Part shown: positions 63,241 through 64,000 of the stretch, in pieces
Layout: each line of letters starts with the position of its first letter
How positions within the stretch are numbered: position 1 is the stretch's first letter
Source: the human T2T-CHM13v2.0 reference genome, Homo sapiens
Direction: 5' to 3' (one strand)
Assembly: GCF_009914755.1 (NCBI RefSeq)
Contig: NC_060925.1
Length of the DNA stretch: 64,000 nucleotides
The notes under the pieces: model-generated
Databases searched by the model: none
Told to the model about the DNA's origin: nothing
The model's input: only the letters and a program-made list of their open reading frames with translations
Program-made: the position numbers and the translations under genes

Positions 63241-64000
63241 ATCGTCTTTTGAATGAGAACTTTCCTGGGTTTTAGAGGAGGGTGGACATTGTTTATTGAT
63301 GCCTCCTGTCCATTACCGATGTTTCTCCTGATTGTTATTCATATGCTCACCACCCCTCCATGGAGCATCCATGGCCTGTGACAGAGCTCTGGGGACTGAT
63401 ATCCTTCCACTGGCTTTGGCGCTGGTGAGAGCCCTGGTCATGTGATTCAGCTTGGCCTTAACCCGACCCAGTTGCACATATTCCTCAGGCCCTTTAGAGT
63501 TGAAGTCGAGACCTCTCTGAGAACGCTTGCCAGCCCATGCTCTTCTAAGGCTGGAGCAAACTTCCTCCATCTATTCCAGACAGAGGGGACTGCAGGGGTT
63601 GGACTCACTCAAGATATCTCTGGTGTTAGAAAGAAGACCTGTTTCAGGCTTTGGGGAAGATTGTTCAATATGAACTAGGTCCTCTCTAATTATTTTTACC
63701 GTATGTGTGACTTCTTTCTAGAAACAAGGGAAGAATATTTATGTTAGAACATTTTGTCTATTCTTTGTCAATTGTTGTTTATCTACAATTTTAACATGGA
63801 TAAAGGAGAGTTCAGTGTCAATATATTCTTAACAACTAATTACGGCTCATGTCCACCGCCATGCGATCATATTTAAATCTGTCAACTATCCTGTTACTTA
63901 GGTATTATCCTGTTCCTGATGAGAAAACAAACTCAGAAAGATTGCAAAATTTCCCTAGGTCACAAAACTAGTGAGGAGAGGAGTAAGAATTAGATATCCG

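Noticed and set aside
63313-63678. 85-aa ORF or further upstream exon with a gtaatg donor near 63316
   Set aside because: No recognisable protein and ambiguous boundaries. It may be a UTR exon, but I cannot support coordinates. No CpG-island promoter is visible in the window.

Overview
Primate, most likely human, genomic DNA; there are no prokaryotic features. The window holds nearly all of one minus-strand NBPF (Olduvai/DUF1220) gene whose residues match NBPF1 as I recall it. I placed 49 GT-AG coding exons from ATG 58082 to TAA 9623. They sum to 6585 nt (2194 aa) with consistent phases. The architecture is three ~6.3-kb N-terminal coiled-coil+CON1 units, CON2, five ~4.7-kb HLS1-HLS2-HLS3 triplets (T1-T5 in transcription order) and a terminal CON3, giving 20 Olduvai domains. 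Removing four triplets (4 x 245 aa) gives 1214 aa, the length I recall for single-triplet reference NBPF1, so this looks like a triplet-expanded NBPF1-type allele or paralog. The array records its own recombination history: a CON3/HLS1 chimeric exon, a separate intronic HLS1/CON3 junction, a 19-bp crossover window and two sub-clades of triplets. Also present are a degenerate tRNA-Asn pseudogene, a tailless L1 with target-site duplication (TSD) carrying a nested inverted L1 with a short 3' transduction, many Alus, old L1/MIR/MLT2 fragments and microsatellites. Most ORFs in the supplied track are spurious.
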